From positions 23,699,434 to 23,763,433 of the forward strand of contig JAHRHZ010000022.1 in NCBI GenBank assembly GCA_024137785.1: a stretch of 64,000 nucleotides of DNA. The letters run 5' to 3'. How positions within the stretch are numbered: position 1 is the first letter of the stretch; each line of letters starts with the position of its first letter. The position numbers and the translations under genes were made by a program. The stretch comes from Ginglymostoma cirratum (lineage: Eukaryota). This document shows, piece after piece, positions 34,400 through 46,814 of the stretch. Below the pieces are notes generated by a model. The model saw only the letters and a list, made by a program, of their open reading frames with translations, was not told the DNA's origin and searched no databases.

Positions 34400-35968
34400 A
34401 ATTTTGATTGTGACTGAGGCCTTATGAAACAGTCACAGTTTAAGTACAAATGAAATGCCAGACTACTGCAGATGTTATTTGAAGGATCTCCATCAACAGT
34501 CCACACAGGAGGACAAAGATTTGCTCAAACAGCCAAGGACTTTGTGGCTTTAACCATTCACTATTTGAAATCTACCACAAAAAAGTTAGAGCTGTTTGGC
34601 AAGGCTTAGTTATGTGTTGGTGAATGTGCGTAGATCCACATGTTCTGTATGAAGGGCTAGGGGATTACTTTTCCGGTAACCTTTGGAAAAACACAGACAC
34701 ATCAGTATTATTGATGACTTTCTGGTGTACAATAAGCAGTGGGTGACCCATAGGGTCTCCATCTATACATCCTCCAGAAGACCAACCAGGGACACCTGAG
34801 TGTTTCTAAGTGCTGGGTCAGTGTACAACTGTTAACACAGTGGCCTGGTACCTCTCATTCCCTTAAGGAACTGCATCACCTCTGTTATGCATAGACAAAA
34901 GTAGAATAACCTCTGCTACCCTTTTCTTCACTCGCCCTAGACCATGGAACCACCATGGTGTTGATTGCTTTAAGTTCAAACAGATAGTTTTCCTAATCTT
35001 GGTCAACTGATATTCCTGTGATAGGGTTAGTTTGAAGCCCAGAAGCTCAGTTGATCCACATGTGAGGCCATGTCTCTTTGAAAACTATACTTTCCATGAG
35101 CAGAATTCCAGACATCATAATCTTATATGACTGCAGAACGGCTTAGACTCATGCCAGTTTTCGATAGGCCAAAGCTCGTGAACCCAACTTGCTCCTTCTT
35201 TCCCAGATGCTAGCACTGAGTGTCATGATAAGAGACAATGGACAATAAGTCTGAAAGAGGAACATTGGAGGACAGACCAAGCTCCCACCTTCAACCAGTG
35301 ACAAGGCGCTTGTGACCTACACCTGCTGGAATAAGATTCTTGACTGAGCAGGACACAGGCACAGTGCTAACATGGCTCCTGCAGCTGAGGTTAGATCTTG
35401 TTTGTACACAAAATGGTATTGTTCAAAGGAGCAGGAACACTTTGATTTTGTTAAAGGAGCAGCTGATAACTGGATAGGTGACGTTGCCAGATCCTCATGC
35501 AGATCCTATAACAACACAGCCACTAATAGCTCAGAGACCCAGTTTGGCATACACAACTCCAGAACTTGCAACTGAAGTCTGAAACATCAGCGAGATTGGT
35601 GAAACCGTTCTGCAGACTTTTCCTGTAAACGTCAATTTTGGGAAATCACTCCAGAAATAGCTTTTGAGCATGTGTAAAAGGAGCTATTGCATGAGCCTGG
35701 GTTTGTAGGGTTCCAGATAAAATGTCCTCTTTTCTGGATATAGTTATGTTCAATATAAACTGTTAATATTCACTCAGATGAGTAGGGACCTTATTCTACT
35801 ACAGAGTTGTGATGATGAAGAAAAGAGGAGATATGTGATAGTATTAGTAGGGCAGGAAAGACAAATGACAAAAAGAAAATGATGCTATGTCAAAGGGAGT
35901 GATAGTGGCACAAGTATACAGACTAAGGAAGTGACGCTGATATATAGAATCAGTTCATATTTACAACA
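34400..35968 (+). mobile_element. Degenerate, internally deleted Ty3/Gypsy element with possible short 3' LTR
   Basis: ISIIDDFLVY (RT-like) at 34701-34730; integrase-like PRPWNHHGVDCFKFK at 34936-34980; purine tract gaaaagaggaga then tgtgata...ttacaaca at about 35834-35968. Confidence 0.55.
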
Positions 35969-36391
35969 CTGAAACATCTCAAACAGCCCAGCTATACCAT
36001 TATATGTGCTCCATACAAGCCTCTCCCCACATGGCATCATCCAATCTGACCAATATCCTCATCCCTTTCTCCCTCAGACATCTTCCTCTGAAAAAATCAA
36101 TGTTATTTGCTTTGACTGTTCTGGGAGGATTTCTGGAATTACTATCCAGAGGCCAGCAGCTCCAGAACTCAGCAGTACTGTGACCGAGGACAGAACAATA
36201 CTCCAACACTCTCTCCCCACCACCCAGCTACCGCCCCACTGCCCACTGCCCACTGCCTTTCAGGAAGATTCTGGTCGATGTGACAGTCCAAGCCAAGTGA
36301 AAGGCAGGGGAAAGAAACATCTCATGATTTCATCAGAATCTAGTGAAAGGTCAGATAAGAATCAGACTAGGTACAACTGTGATCTTCCTCA

Positions 36392-36509
36392 CAGACACTG
36401 ATCCTAAAAAGTTAATTCTGACTTTTCTTCACAGATGCTGCCAGACCTGCTGAGCTTTTCCAGCAACTTTTGTTTTTGTTCTTGACTTACAGCATCTGCA
36501 GTTCCTTCG
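36392..36509 (+). mobile_element. Penelope-derived 3' end (family B)
   Basis: cagatgctgccagacctgctgagcttttccagcaac...cagcatctgcag; TSD gtgatcttc(c/t)tca at 36379-36391 and 36510-36522. Confidence 0.8.
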
Positions 36510-37354
36510 GTGATCTTCTTCATGTTTGTAAAGTCTGATACTCAGGCTCACACACAAGGAATAGCCATTTTAAGTTAGATTTCCTTTTTGACCTGAAGTG
36601 TAATGGATTGAAAAGCTGAAATGTAATGGAATTCAGATGTTGGGACAGCTTTTGGTAGAATCAGAAAATCACTCAGTCTGAAGTCTTATGGTTTAATGGC
36701 AATGTTAAACACCAGTATGGACAATTAAACATGATAGTTAAGATACACAATGAGATCCCAAAGAGCAACGGTGCCTATGAAGCCATAGCCCAGTAATATG
36801 CCGTACCTTCACAAGAGGGAGATAGAAAACCAGTGATCGTCATGACCTCTGATGACCCAAGGTTATGTCCCATGATTAGTATTACATCCAGGTTACCAGT
36901 GCGCTAATCACAAATAGCCTGCCCCATCTCATAGAAGACATGCAGTGTTATTATAAAGAAAAATATCACTTATCATTATAATGTGATTTAGGTGCCTCAA
37001 AACAGATGATGTGTGAATTTAATTTTGCAAAGATCTTTATGATGAAGACAGCTTTCGCTGTCAAACGATGCCACAGGGTTCTTAACTAAGTAGAGCGCAA
37101 GCCACTAATTAGGAATGTTAATACAACATTGCTGATAAATAGAAAATTAAAACTTCACCAAAAACACTAAACATATAATGCACACTTAGTGACTGTTTCT
37201 CGGCCCTGTGCTTAACTTGGCCATGAAACAGTGCAATAGCTTAATCCAGATCACCTGCTGTTACAACACAAGCATATAATTTGAGAAGCAAACAAAAGTG
37301 ATCATTCCAGATATTTGCGAGAAGTTAAAATTGCAATAGACAATACTGGAAAAG

Positions 37355-37990
37355 GAATAAAACAAAGAACTGCAGATGCTGGAGATCTGAAGCAAAAACA
37401 GAAATTGCTGGAGAAACTCAACAGGACTGGCAGCATCTCTGGACAGAAAACAGAGTTAACATTTCAGGCCCAGTGAAGTATTCAGCCAGTGAAAGTTTCA
37501 TGACGGCAGAGTCAAAACAGTGGTAATTGTTATGGTAAAGAAACTAAAGTTCAGGTGTGAATGGCTGGAATACAGGTGTGAATACAATGTGAAAAAAAAG
37601 GAAGAAATAAGACAAATTCAAACCAGCAGAAAGAGAAGCAGAGTCAGAGATTATGATCTAAACTTGGTTTAATTAATTCAACTTAAGCTTAATGTTGAAT
37701 CACAGAGTCACAGAATTGGTAAGGTGCAGAAGATGGCCATTCAGCCCATCATGCCTGCAATGTTCTATTTCCTAGGAACAATCTCCTGACATTTCCCCAA
37801 TATCTGCACAACATTTCCATCCAAAAACCCATCCAATGCCCTCTTGAATACCTCAGTCAAATCTCCACCACGCTTCCAGACAGTGCATTCCTGAGTCCAG
37901 AAGTCTGTTCAGTACCAATCTGATAGATAGGATACTGCTCCTCAAGCTCGTGTTTAAGCCTCACTGAAATGCTGTGACACAAACTGAAGC
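37355..37990 (-). mobile_element. Penelope-like element (family B) 3' end with decayed GIY-YIG end, interrupted by a CR1 tail (about 37700-37890)
   Basis: aacaaagaactgcagatgctggagatctgaagcaaaaacagaaattgctggagaaactc; gatactgctcctcaagctcgtgtt corresponds to an antisense RKLEEQ motif. Confidence 0.65.
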
Positions 37991-38445
37991 TCAGAGTCAC
38001 TCTCGAAGACATAGTTCCCTTGATTCCCTTGAGATGTTTGCAGTTATTCTCTTCACACTGAGACTAGATGAGATAGAAAATTAAATCCTGACCTGATCTT
38101 CAGGAGATGGACTGGTTGACTGAACCATTAATTGTTTAGCCTTTACAAGACTACAGTCCCACTATCCAGATCATAAACCCTAGTGGAAATGTTCCACTAT
38201 AGTGCATCATTCAGCAATGGGTAATATTCACAAGCCTGCCACCCTCAGTAAAACTGGGTTTCATGTGTAAACGTGTTGAATTGCCAACACCAAGTGCTCT
38301 AGTTACATACATAGAAGAGCAAATATTTGCATTTAATGCTGCCAATGCAGGATTTTGCATCTAGCAGTACTTCAGTTCATGTCCCCCATAATTGGTTATC
38401 TGTTAAACCATATTAGGCATCAAAGGCGGTTCAACTACAAGCTGT

Positions 38446-38540
38446 GATAACAAGGTGTAGAGCTGGATGAACACAGCAGGCCAAGCAGCATCAGAGGAGC
38501 AGGAAAGCTGACGTTTCGGGCCTAGACCCTTCTTCCAAAA
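38446..38540 (-). mobile_element. Penelope-derived 3' end (family A variant, tail-less)
   Basis: 15-bp TSD tcaact(a/g)caagctgt at 38431-38445 and 38541-38555; ends at the hammerhead core. Confidence 0.85.
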
Positions 38541-38554
38541 TCAACTGCAAGCTG

Positions 38555-38860
38555 TCCCTGAGTCAGAAGACGACGAGTTTATGTTGCATGCCATGCGAAG
38601 AATTGAGGATGATTCTCCACTGCAGTTCTGGCAGAGTGCTGTATTGTCAGAAGTACCATCTTTTGGGTGAGACATTAAATTGAGGTCTGTGTTCCATCTT
38701 AGGTGGCTATAAAAGATCCATTATTTCAAAGCAAAGCAAGGGAGTCTTCCCTGATGTCATGGCTTATATATATCCCTCAAGCAACGCTAGCAGAAAAACG
38801 TATCAGCTGGTTGCTGCTTATTTGTGTTGTGTGCAAATTAGCTGCCAATTTTCTTTATGA
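38555..38860 (+). mobile_element. Deu-domain SINE
   Basis: tgagacattaaattgaggtctg...aaaagatccattatttcaaag...tatccctcaagcaac...gtgcaaattagctgcc. Confidence 0.7.
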
Positions 38861-39629
38861 ATGGGCAGGTGAACCTGGCCAACCTACCTTAATCTCCAAC
38901 TCACCAGAATATTGGTGTTGAGAGATCAGGCCAGTCTTGACTGTGATTAGAAGAGGCCCTTAATCATTCCAGTTTATCATATTCCTGTTTCCCAAGCTAA
39001 TACTGTGCAGCCAAACATAAGCATTAGTTTATCATAATGGGGCTAACTCTCAATTAGCATTAGCCCATACTAATGCACAGGGAGCCTCTTACACACTCAT
39101 CCGATTCCACACCTTCCACACTTAATTTACCTCACGGATATTTAATGACAACAACAACACAAAAACATCAAATCCGGCTTCGTCATAAGAGATGATGGCA
39201 AAACAATGGGATCTCATTTCATTAAAGAGCGCAGACACACTCTATGATCGTTTGGGAATTGACATGGTTTTCAAAGCCTACACTAGAGAATTAATTAAAA
39301 GAATTTGGTGTCCTCGATTGTTTATTATTTTTGCTGACCTCACCGTGTGGATTAATATTTAATTAGCCTTTAGGAAGAATGGAAAGCACTTATTAACCAG
39401 CTCTGTCAATCTGTCAGAAGCCAGCCTTTCTGCAGACTCTGTTACTGATAGAGAGGAGGGGGTAGGGGGAATCCGAAAAAAATGAACAGAAGAAAGCTGG
39501 CCTAGCACAAAGGATGGGATGGGCTGATCACACCCATGGAAAATCATTCTTTTAAATTAAACCGTCTGGACAGGCCTATTAAGTGTACCCTTAACAATTT
39601 TTTTAATATTTCCCTCGCAATGTGCACGA

Positions 39630-39930
39630 TGGTATTGTGGTTATATTACGGTGCGGTACTCAGACTAGTAATCTGGAGAATGTGAGTTCAGAATGTGCCC
39701 TAGTACATTAACAGTTTGAATTTAGTCTGAAATAAAAGAAATGTGGTATTAATAAAAGTGGCCATATGCCATCAAGACGACTGGCTGACTGATTATATTT
39801 TAGGAAATATGTGTGACTCCAGTCGTATACCAATGAAGAAGAGTCATATTGGACTTGAAGCGCTATCTCTGTCTCTTTCATCACAGATGCTGCCTGACTT
39901 GATGAGTTTCTCCAGCACTTTCTGTGTCTG
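39630..39930 (+). mobile_element. tRNA-derived SINE fragment with a nested Penelope 3' end (about 39832-39930)
   Basis: actcagactagtaatctggagaatgtgagttcag; tgaagaagagtcatattggacttgaagcgcta...cagatgctgcctgacttgatgagtttctccagcac. Confidence 0.55.
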
Positions 39931-40369
39931 CTCCACACCAATGGGACTGGCTCTCAAGTGTTCCTTGAATTTGCCATTCAGTAGTCCCTTAACTGCTTTC
40001 CTTAATCCAAGATAGTGGACAAACACCCAATTACAGTGTAATAAGTGCCAGCTTTGGGGGACAATCTTTTTTAAATGAGATTTGAATATTTTAACTTACA
40101 GGCGTATTATTTTTCACAGATCTGACCTGAGGTTCAAAGAGTGGCTCTGGGAAGGCCACAGGATGAAGTACTGAGTGGACTACATGGGGTTAATAGCTAT
40201 ATGCTAATAGCTAGACTGCGTCACCAGTGATGCCACATGGAACAAGGTTCTAGCAATGTCCTGCTCAGCCATACCTCTGTATGTAGTGTGAACACTTAAT
40301 AAATGTTCAATTGGTTTGCACTAGTATAGTGTCCAAACGTCATCTCTCAAAAGCATCCAGAGCCTGGTC

Positions 40370-40770
40370 ATGATATTTACACATTGAGGGAGTGCTGTAC
40401 TATCAGAGTCTATTTAGATGTTAAAGTGAAGTCTTATTTGCACCAGACACCAGGAGTGACTGGACTCAAAACATTGACGCTGCTTTCTTCCCGCCGATGT
40501 TGCTAGACTTGGTGAGTTTCTCCAGCAATTTCTGTTTTTATTTCATTTGCCCTGTCAGGCAAACAGGAAATATCACTCTGCACTTATCTACCACAAGGAA
40601 AGGAAGATCAGGGACTATTTATTCTTCAATCAGCATCAAGTGACTATATTACTGCTTCATGTTGGCTCTTGCTGTGCATGAATTGGTTTCTGTGCCATGT
40701 TTGTCTGTAAAACAAAGCAATGAATGGACTGCAAAGTATCTCGGAGCTTTGAATATAAAGGCAAGAGGTC
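40370..40770 (+). mobile_element. Deu-domain SINE with a nested Penelope 3' end (about 40452-40545)
   Basis: gagggagtgctgtactatcagag; ggagtgactggactcaaaacattg...gagtttctccagcaatttctg; cttgctgtgcatgaattgg. Confidence 0.55.
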
Positions 40771-41887
40771 CTTCTTTCACAGTGAGAACTGAGGTTTAAA
40801 TGATGATAGAAAGGGTGGTGTGATGCTGCATGATCTAGCATTGCGGGGTGCAATCTCTGGAAGTGGGTGTAGTTTCAGTGCCCAACCTTAGATTTGCGGG
40901 GTGAGAGGTCAAACTAGTCAAACAGAGGGCTGTGGTGTAACCCAATGAAGGAGAAGAGGAACTTTGCAGGATAGTCAGAAGCTTGGTATCATTCTCATCA
41001 TTTAGAGAAGGCTGTGTTTCTGTCCTTGTAAGTACAGGCAGGCTGGGGTAAAGTAAAATTTCATTTCCTTTAAATGCAGATTGCTGGACAAATATTTCAC
41101 ATATTTTGGTATGTGATGGTGTTCTGCCATCCAATCATCTATTGGGTTTTTGGATGACAGTGACTCACTATCCCCACTCTTTTCAAGTCTCAACACTTTT
41201 TGTTAATCTCTGGACTGTACAGAAATGACATTGGTTGCTATGTGTGTAACAAATTCTCTCTAAAGTGATTCAAAGCTTCTAGTTCTGCCGTCCAGCTCTT
41301 TCTACAACTTTGATTACTTTCCTCAAAGTCCACACCCAGGCTTAACTAATCAATCAAGCACAGTATGCATCAATAGTAAGCAGACCAACATAATCACACA
41401 CCTAACAATTGAAACTACACTGTTGCCCTCTAGTAAAACTGAAGACCATATTTTAAATTAAATAATTTGAAACAATGAACATGGCCATTTCCTGGAGTTC
41501 AACTTTTTTGGTTTCTTTAAGTACAGGAAAAGCCTTTGAAATGCAAAGGGCCACACTGAGATCTATGAACTTGAGAGTGTGGCTCTTTGAGATCAACTTG
41601 TTTGCATGGGCATGCAAGTTACTGAACCTAGAGATCATACCGAAAGGAATGGGACCATTTGTGAATGCGTAGAGGTCGATGGCCAGCAACATAGTCAGCA
41701 TTTGATACTCAATGTAGAGAATGAACTTTTGACAATGGAATAAAGATGCAGGCCAGTGCCTCCCATTCTCCAGTAGGGTACTTGTATTTTAGGTTTTGAG
41801 AAATTGGGCTCAAAGCAAGAGCAATTGGTCACTCACTTTCTTCAATGCATTGCTAGCGGACAGCTCCAATCCCGTCTCCTAACACAG

Positions 41888-41975
41888 TGCTTTTTTTATT
41901 CTGTTCATTTGGGGGATGTGGGCGTTGCTGGCTGGCCAGCATTTCCTGCCCATCCCTAGTTGCCCTTGAGTGCTG
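41888..41975 (-). mobile_element. SINE/LINE shared 3' tail
   Basis: gggatgtgggcgttgctggctggccagcatttcctgcccatccctagttgcccttgag. Confidence 0.7.
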
Positions 41976-42624
41976 GTGATGTACATTTCCGTGTGAAGTT
42001 TGAAATCCACGTGGACTAATGAAAGTGCTACCTTTCGTCTTTCACTGTGTCACATGTTACTTTGCTGTTCCAGTTGTTCTTCTTTGCACAGCAGCTTTTG
42101 TTAGCGTCCATGATCTCAAAGTACTTAGTAATGAATTTGTGGTAAAAGTTGGTAGCTCTGGGGAACAGTGCCAACTTTCTCATGTTTTTATTATAGTATT
42201 GCATTGATCTCAATAAAACACTCCACCCTTAAGACAGCCAGACAATATCACAACATATGGCACTCGAGTATAAAAGGTTTCTGTCCAGCCAGTTAGACAG
42301 TTAGATAGCAAGCAATCAGTAAGTCAGACAAGCAGTGTATGTTAGTCATACAGTCAACTATGTATGCTGTACAGCAGTAATCTAAGCAAGCATGTCATGC
42401 AGACTGTTGAGAGATCTTGTGGTTGTGCCCTTACCTCTGAGTCAGGAGGCCAGAAACAAGTCTCACCTGCTCCAGAGCTGTGTAGTAGCCTCTCTGAACA
42501 GATGATTAGAATGTATCAATAACATGGACTATATCTAAATTTGAGTTTTTGTGACCTATTCTTCTAGGAGAAGAAGGTTATCTGATCATGATTCAAGAAA
42601 GAGAGGGGGTGGGGATTGTCCAAG

Positions 42625-43560
42625 TGTTCAAGCTAATATTCATCTCTCATTCAACATCATTGAAAAACAGATTGCCTGTTTGTTATTTCATTGCATTTTT
42701 GGATCTTGCTGTGCATATTTTGGCTTTCACGTTTCCAACATTACAACAGTGCTCATAATTCAACAGTTTTTCATTGGCTTTATGTGTCCTGACATTGTGA
42801 GCTGTGCTATATAAATGTAAGTCTTCCTTTCTCTTAAGCTATGGGTTAAGCTCCTGGTTCTTCTCTGAAACTGCTCATGGGTGTTAATTTTCTGTTGTCT
42901 TTTACTTTTGAGAAGGGGACAGAGTGCCCAATGTACTGTCTCATCTAAACCCTGTTCACTAATTAGCTGTGACTGGCATGAACAGAGTTTTTCATATAGT
43001 TTCTCTGTCTCAGTATTGGTTCTCTGTCTTGCAGGCCAAAGAAAGGTACCCTTGTATTTACACAGCACCTTTTGCAATCTCAGGATATCCCAAAGCTCTT
43101 TAGAGTCAAAAAATTAGTTTAAAGTATATTCAGAAATATAACCACCAATTTGCACACAGGAATCTCCTGCAGCAATGAGCTAATGGTAATATTTTTAATG
43201 ATGTTACTTGAGGGATAAATATTGGCTAGAGAGAGTTCTTCTCATTTTTCAAATTTATCTCCAGGGTCCTTGTCAATGTTTGGGGATAAGTAAATGGGAT
43301 AAATATTAGCCAATATATCCCTCAACTGACATCACTAAAAGAAATTTTCTAGTCAGTATTATGATGCTGAACATAGATTGGCTGCTGCTTTTTCAGCTTT
43401 GCAATGGTGACTACACTTCCAAATAATTTTTAATACGTTTTAGGATGTCTGGAATTCATGACCAGCCTGAATTATGTGCTCTAGTCTCTGGCGGGAGGAT
43501 TGAACTCATGACCTTCTGATTCAGTTGAGGGGATGAGAGAGCACCATCATTGAACCAATA
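42625..43560. mobile_element. Cluster of Deu-SINE fragments in both orientations
   Basis: Plus pieces at 42625-42830 and about 43305-43460; minus pieces at about 43050-43275 and 43460-43555. Confidence 0.5.
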
Positions 43561-44352
43561 TTTAGCAGACAGCAAACATGTACTGCCTCGTTTTGAGGTG
43601 AAGGCTTCAATTCAAGGACAGCTAATCTTTAACTCTCAGCATTTCTGATTGTTTCTCAGGTGTGTGTGTGTAACACAAAATCAGCATTGACTCTTTTCCA
43701 CTGGGTTAGCAACAGGGTCAGTGTCTTTTTGCTGCCCTGAAGCATGCCTTTTGTACAACACTTCAAGTGAGCCAGTCTTCTTAAACAGTTAAGACAATCA
43801 GATTGATCTTGTGTGCTTAATAAATTTTCCTCAATAGGGAAGAGCCTCTAATTGAGGTTGAGCATTATGTTTTAATAAACCACTACTTTCAGCCAAAGTG
43901 AGTTTATTCTCAGCTAGGACAGGCCAGTAACATATGAGGCCTGCTGCAACAAACGCATTTTTTTAACAAAATGTCCCCTTTTTCATTGGTGGAACCAGAT
44001 TCCAAAAAGTGCTCACATTTTTTTTTGCCTACATTCAAGCCAGAATCCTGGAGATCTACTTTGCTGGATAAATGCCTCATTTGCTCGATTCCTACAAGAT
44101 GAGGTTTTGGGGGAGACCCTCCTGCAGTGTGAATCTGCATTGAACCAGTTCAGACAAACCTCCACCTGTCCTCATCCCCACAGACTCAATAGTCATATGC
44201 TCGCTCCAAGTAAGAGTAAAAATGAGGTGCGCTTTTCTATCCAGAACTACATCATTAGTCAGTCATTACTACATATCATGAATTCCTTCTCGCACAGTCA
44301 GGACAAGAGGAAGACTGGAAGAGAAGCAGCTTCCAGTCAGCAACCTGCTTTT

Positions 44353-44465
44353 CAGCCCGAAACATTTACTTTCCTGCTCCTCAGATGCTGTCTGACCTGC
44401 TGTGCTTTTCCAACTCCATGTTTATTGACCCAAGCTTCCAGCGTCTGTAGTCCTTACTGTCTCCA
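44353..44465 (+). mobile_element. Penelope-derived 3' end (family A variant)
   Basis: Starts cagcccgaaacatt inside the hammerhead; 14-bp TSD agcaacctgctttt at 44339-44352 and 44466-44479. Confidence 0.8.
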
Positions 44466-45109
44466 AGCAACCTGCTTTTACCAGGAACCTTCATGAGGTC
44501 TTTCACTTGTAATTGACAACAACCATAAGGCCTCGTTTCTTCAAAGTGCCATTTTCCCACTTCAGATGGAGTCATCTCCCTACCACTAGGAGCTTTGTTG
44601 AAATGGAGACTTCTTCTTCCAATTGCTATCCTGGCCCATCCCTCCAGTCACCCTACACTAATCCTGATCTTTTCGAGAAATAAGACATAAAGATCTTGCT
44701 TTACGATAGTATCTTTCACAACAGCAGGACACCACAAAATACCTTAGAAGCAACGAAGTACATCCTGACCTTTAATCACTTTGAAATGTAGGGAGACATG
44801 GCAGCCAATTAGCATATAGCAGATTCCCATGGTGAGATTAAAAAGGCTAAGACTCTTTACTTTCTAAAGCAAGAGGTTGAGTGGTCAATTTATTGAGATT
44901 TTTACGATTAAGGAGGGTTTGGTAGGATAGATGTAGATAAGATGTCAACGAGAACTAATGGCCACAAGAAGGTAGGTATTAATAAATTCAATAGGGAATT
45001 CTGCAGTAACCTCTTGACCAGAGAGTGCTCAGATTGTAGAGCTCATTTCAGCTTAGAGTACAGCAAATGGCTTTGATGTGATTAAGGGGAAGTTAGTTAA
45101 GGGGGTCAT

Positions 45110-45335
45110 GGGGATCCATTAGCTCAGTTGGCTGTACAGCTGGTTTGTATTACAGAGTGACACCAACAGTGTACGTTCAATTCCCTCACCAGCTGGAGTT
45201 ATCATGAAGGTCCCGCTTCTCAACCTTGTCTCTCATCTAAGATGTGGTGACTCTCAAGTTAAACCACAACCCAGTCATCTCTCTCCAATGAAAGAACAGC
45301 CCCATTGTCCTGTGGGACCATGGCAACTTTACGGT
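45110..45335 (+). mobile_element. tRNA-derived SINE
   Basis: A box tagctcagttgg at about 45120, B box gttcaattccc at about 45176, followed by a non-tRNA body. Confidence 0.65.
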
Positions 45336-45554
45336 TATTACAAGTTCAGCACTGAAGGGTGAAAGGACCAATAGATTCAGTTGATGCTGGAACACAAAGC
45401 ATCATTATGGACCAGATGAAACAAATGACCTTTTCCTGTAGATGCAAATATTTTGTAAATAGCAGTGTGATAGTGACCAGATAATCTGCGTAATTCCACA
45501 CTGATGTCAGGTGAGGGCTATGTTGGCCTGTGCGTGGTCCCAATTTCCCCCAAT

Positions 45555-46570
45555 ACAAACTATTGCTGGAAACGGTCAGCAGGTCTGGCAGTATCTGTGG
45601 AGAGAGAAACAGAGTTACCATTTCAGAAATGGAAGAGTTGTGAAGACATGAGAAGGGGGAAGGGACGAACAAAAAGTAAGGTCTGTGAAAGGGTAGAGGG
45701 TAAGAGTTAAATAACAAAAGATTTCAGAATGTAAAAGCAGAGGAGTAATGGATATAGTAAAGAAACCAAAGGTTGTGTCCAGTTGAGGTGTGAATAGTAA
45801 CATAACTGCCATCTGAATGCAACACAGGAACAAAGGAATGACAAAAGAAACAGAGAGAGAACTTTTTTTTAAAAAAGACACAGATCAAAATAGAGGCAGG
45901 GGTTATGATCTAACCTTATTGATCTCCATTTTGAGTTCAGAAGATCATTGCGTGTTTAGGTGGAAGATGAGGTGCTGTTCCCCAAGTTTGTGCTGAGAAA
46001 GGTCAGAGTCAGGTGGAGAATTGAAATGACAAATCACTGGAAGCTCTGGGTCATGCTTTAGGCTGAATAGAGCTGTTCCACAAAGCAGCCACCCAGTAGT
46101 CGGTGTCACCAAAATGGGACAATTGTCGAATTGGCCACATTGTCAGCAGCCAATAGTAAAAGAAGCCTAAGTACAATATAGTGCCGCTTCATCTGGAAGA
46201 TGAGTTGAGGGCCTTGGACATTGAGAAGGCTGCAGATGAAACTGCAGTCATTGCATTTCCTGTACTTGCACGGAAAGGTGCTGTAAAGAAGGAAGGGATT
46301 ATAAGAAGTGGCTGAGCAATAGGGTGTCACAGAAGGAATGGTCCTTTTGGAAAACTGAAAGGGAACAGCAGAAAAGGATGTGTCTGGGGACTTCATGCTG
46401 GCACTGGCAAAAAAGGTGCTGGATGATCCTTGAATATACACCCTGGTGAAGTAGAAGATGAAGATAAGGGAAACTCACTATGATTCTGGGAGGGAGAGGA
46501 AAGGCTGAGATTAGAAGTGCATGACATTAATTGGACATGTTGGAAGTTGATGATGCTGAGTGGATATCCT
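45555..46570 (-). mobile_element. Neptune-type Penelope-like element remnant (Cys linker, GIY-YIG, 3' UTR)
   Basis: Antisense TFPCKYRKCNDC..VQGP and QHKLGEQHLIFHL; family B 3' end at 45555-45630. Confidence 0.7.
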
Positions 46571-46814
46571 CCGTTGAGGGGAAAATGGAAGGCATATCAC
46601 CAACACTGTGATGTTGCAGCTCTGATGGGTCCCCTTGTTGAGCTATTCCATGAAAGTGTTGAGCACACAGCAGATCTGCAATCACACCTCACTCCAAAAG
46701 GCAGGTATATCAGTGTTCATAAGTCTGCTCAAAATACTTGTGAAAGGGCCAGGCAAAAGAATCCATCAACAGCCTCTTTGAAAGCTTGAAAAAGCCTCAA
46801 AAAGACCTCCATAG

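Noticed and set aside
41837-41878. 42-nt minus-strand exon candidate (ETGLELSASNALKK) with a gtgagt donor
   Set aside because: The acceptor is purine-rich and abuts a SINE A-tail; no other support.
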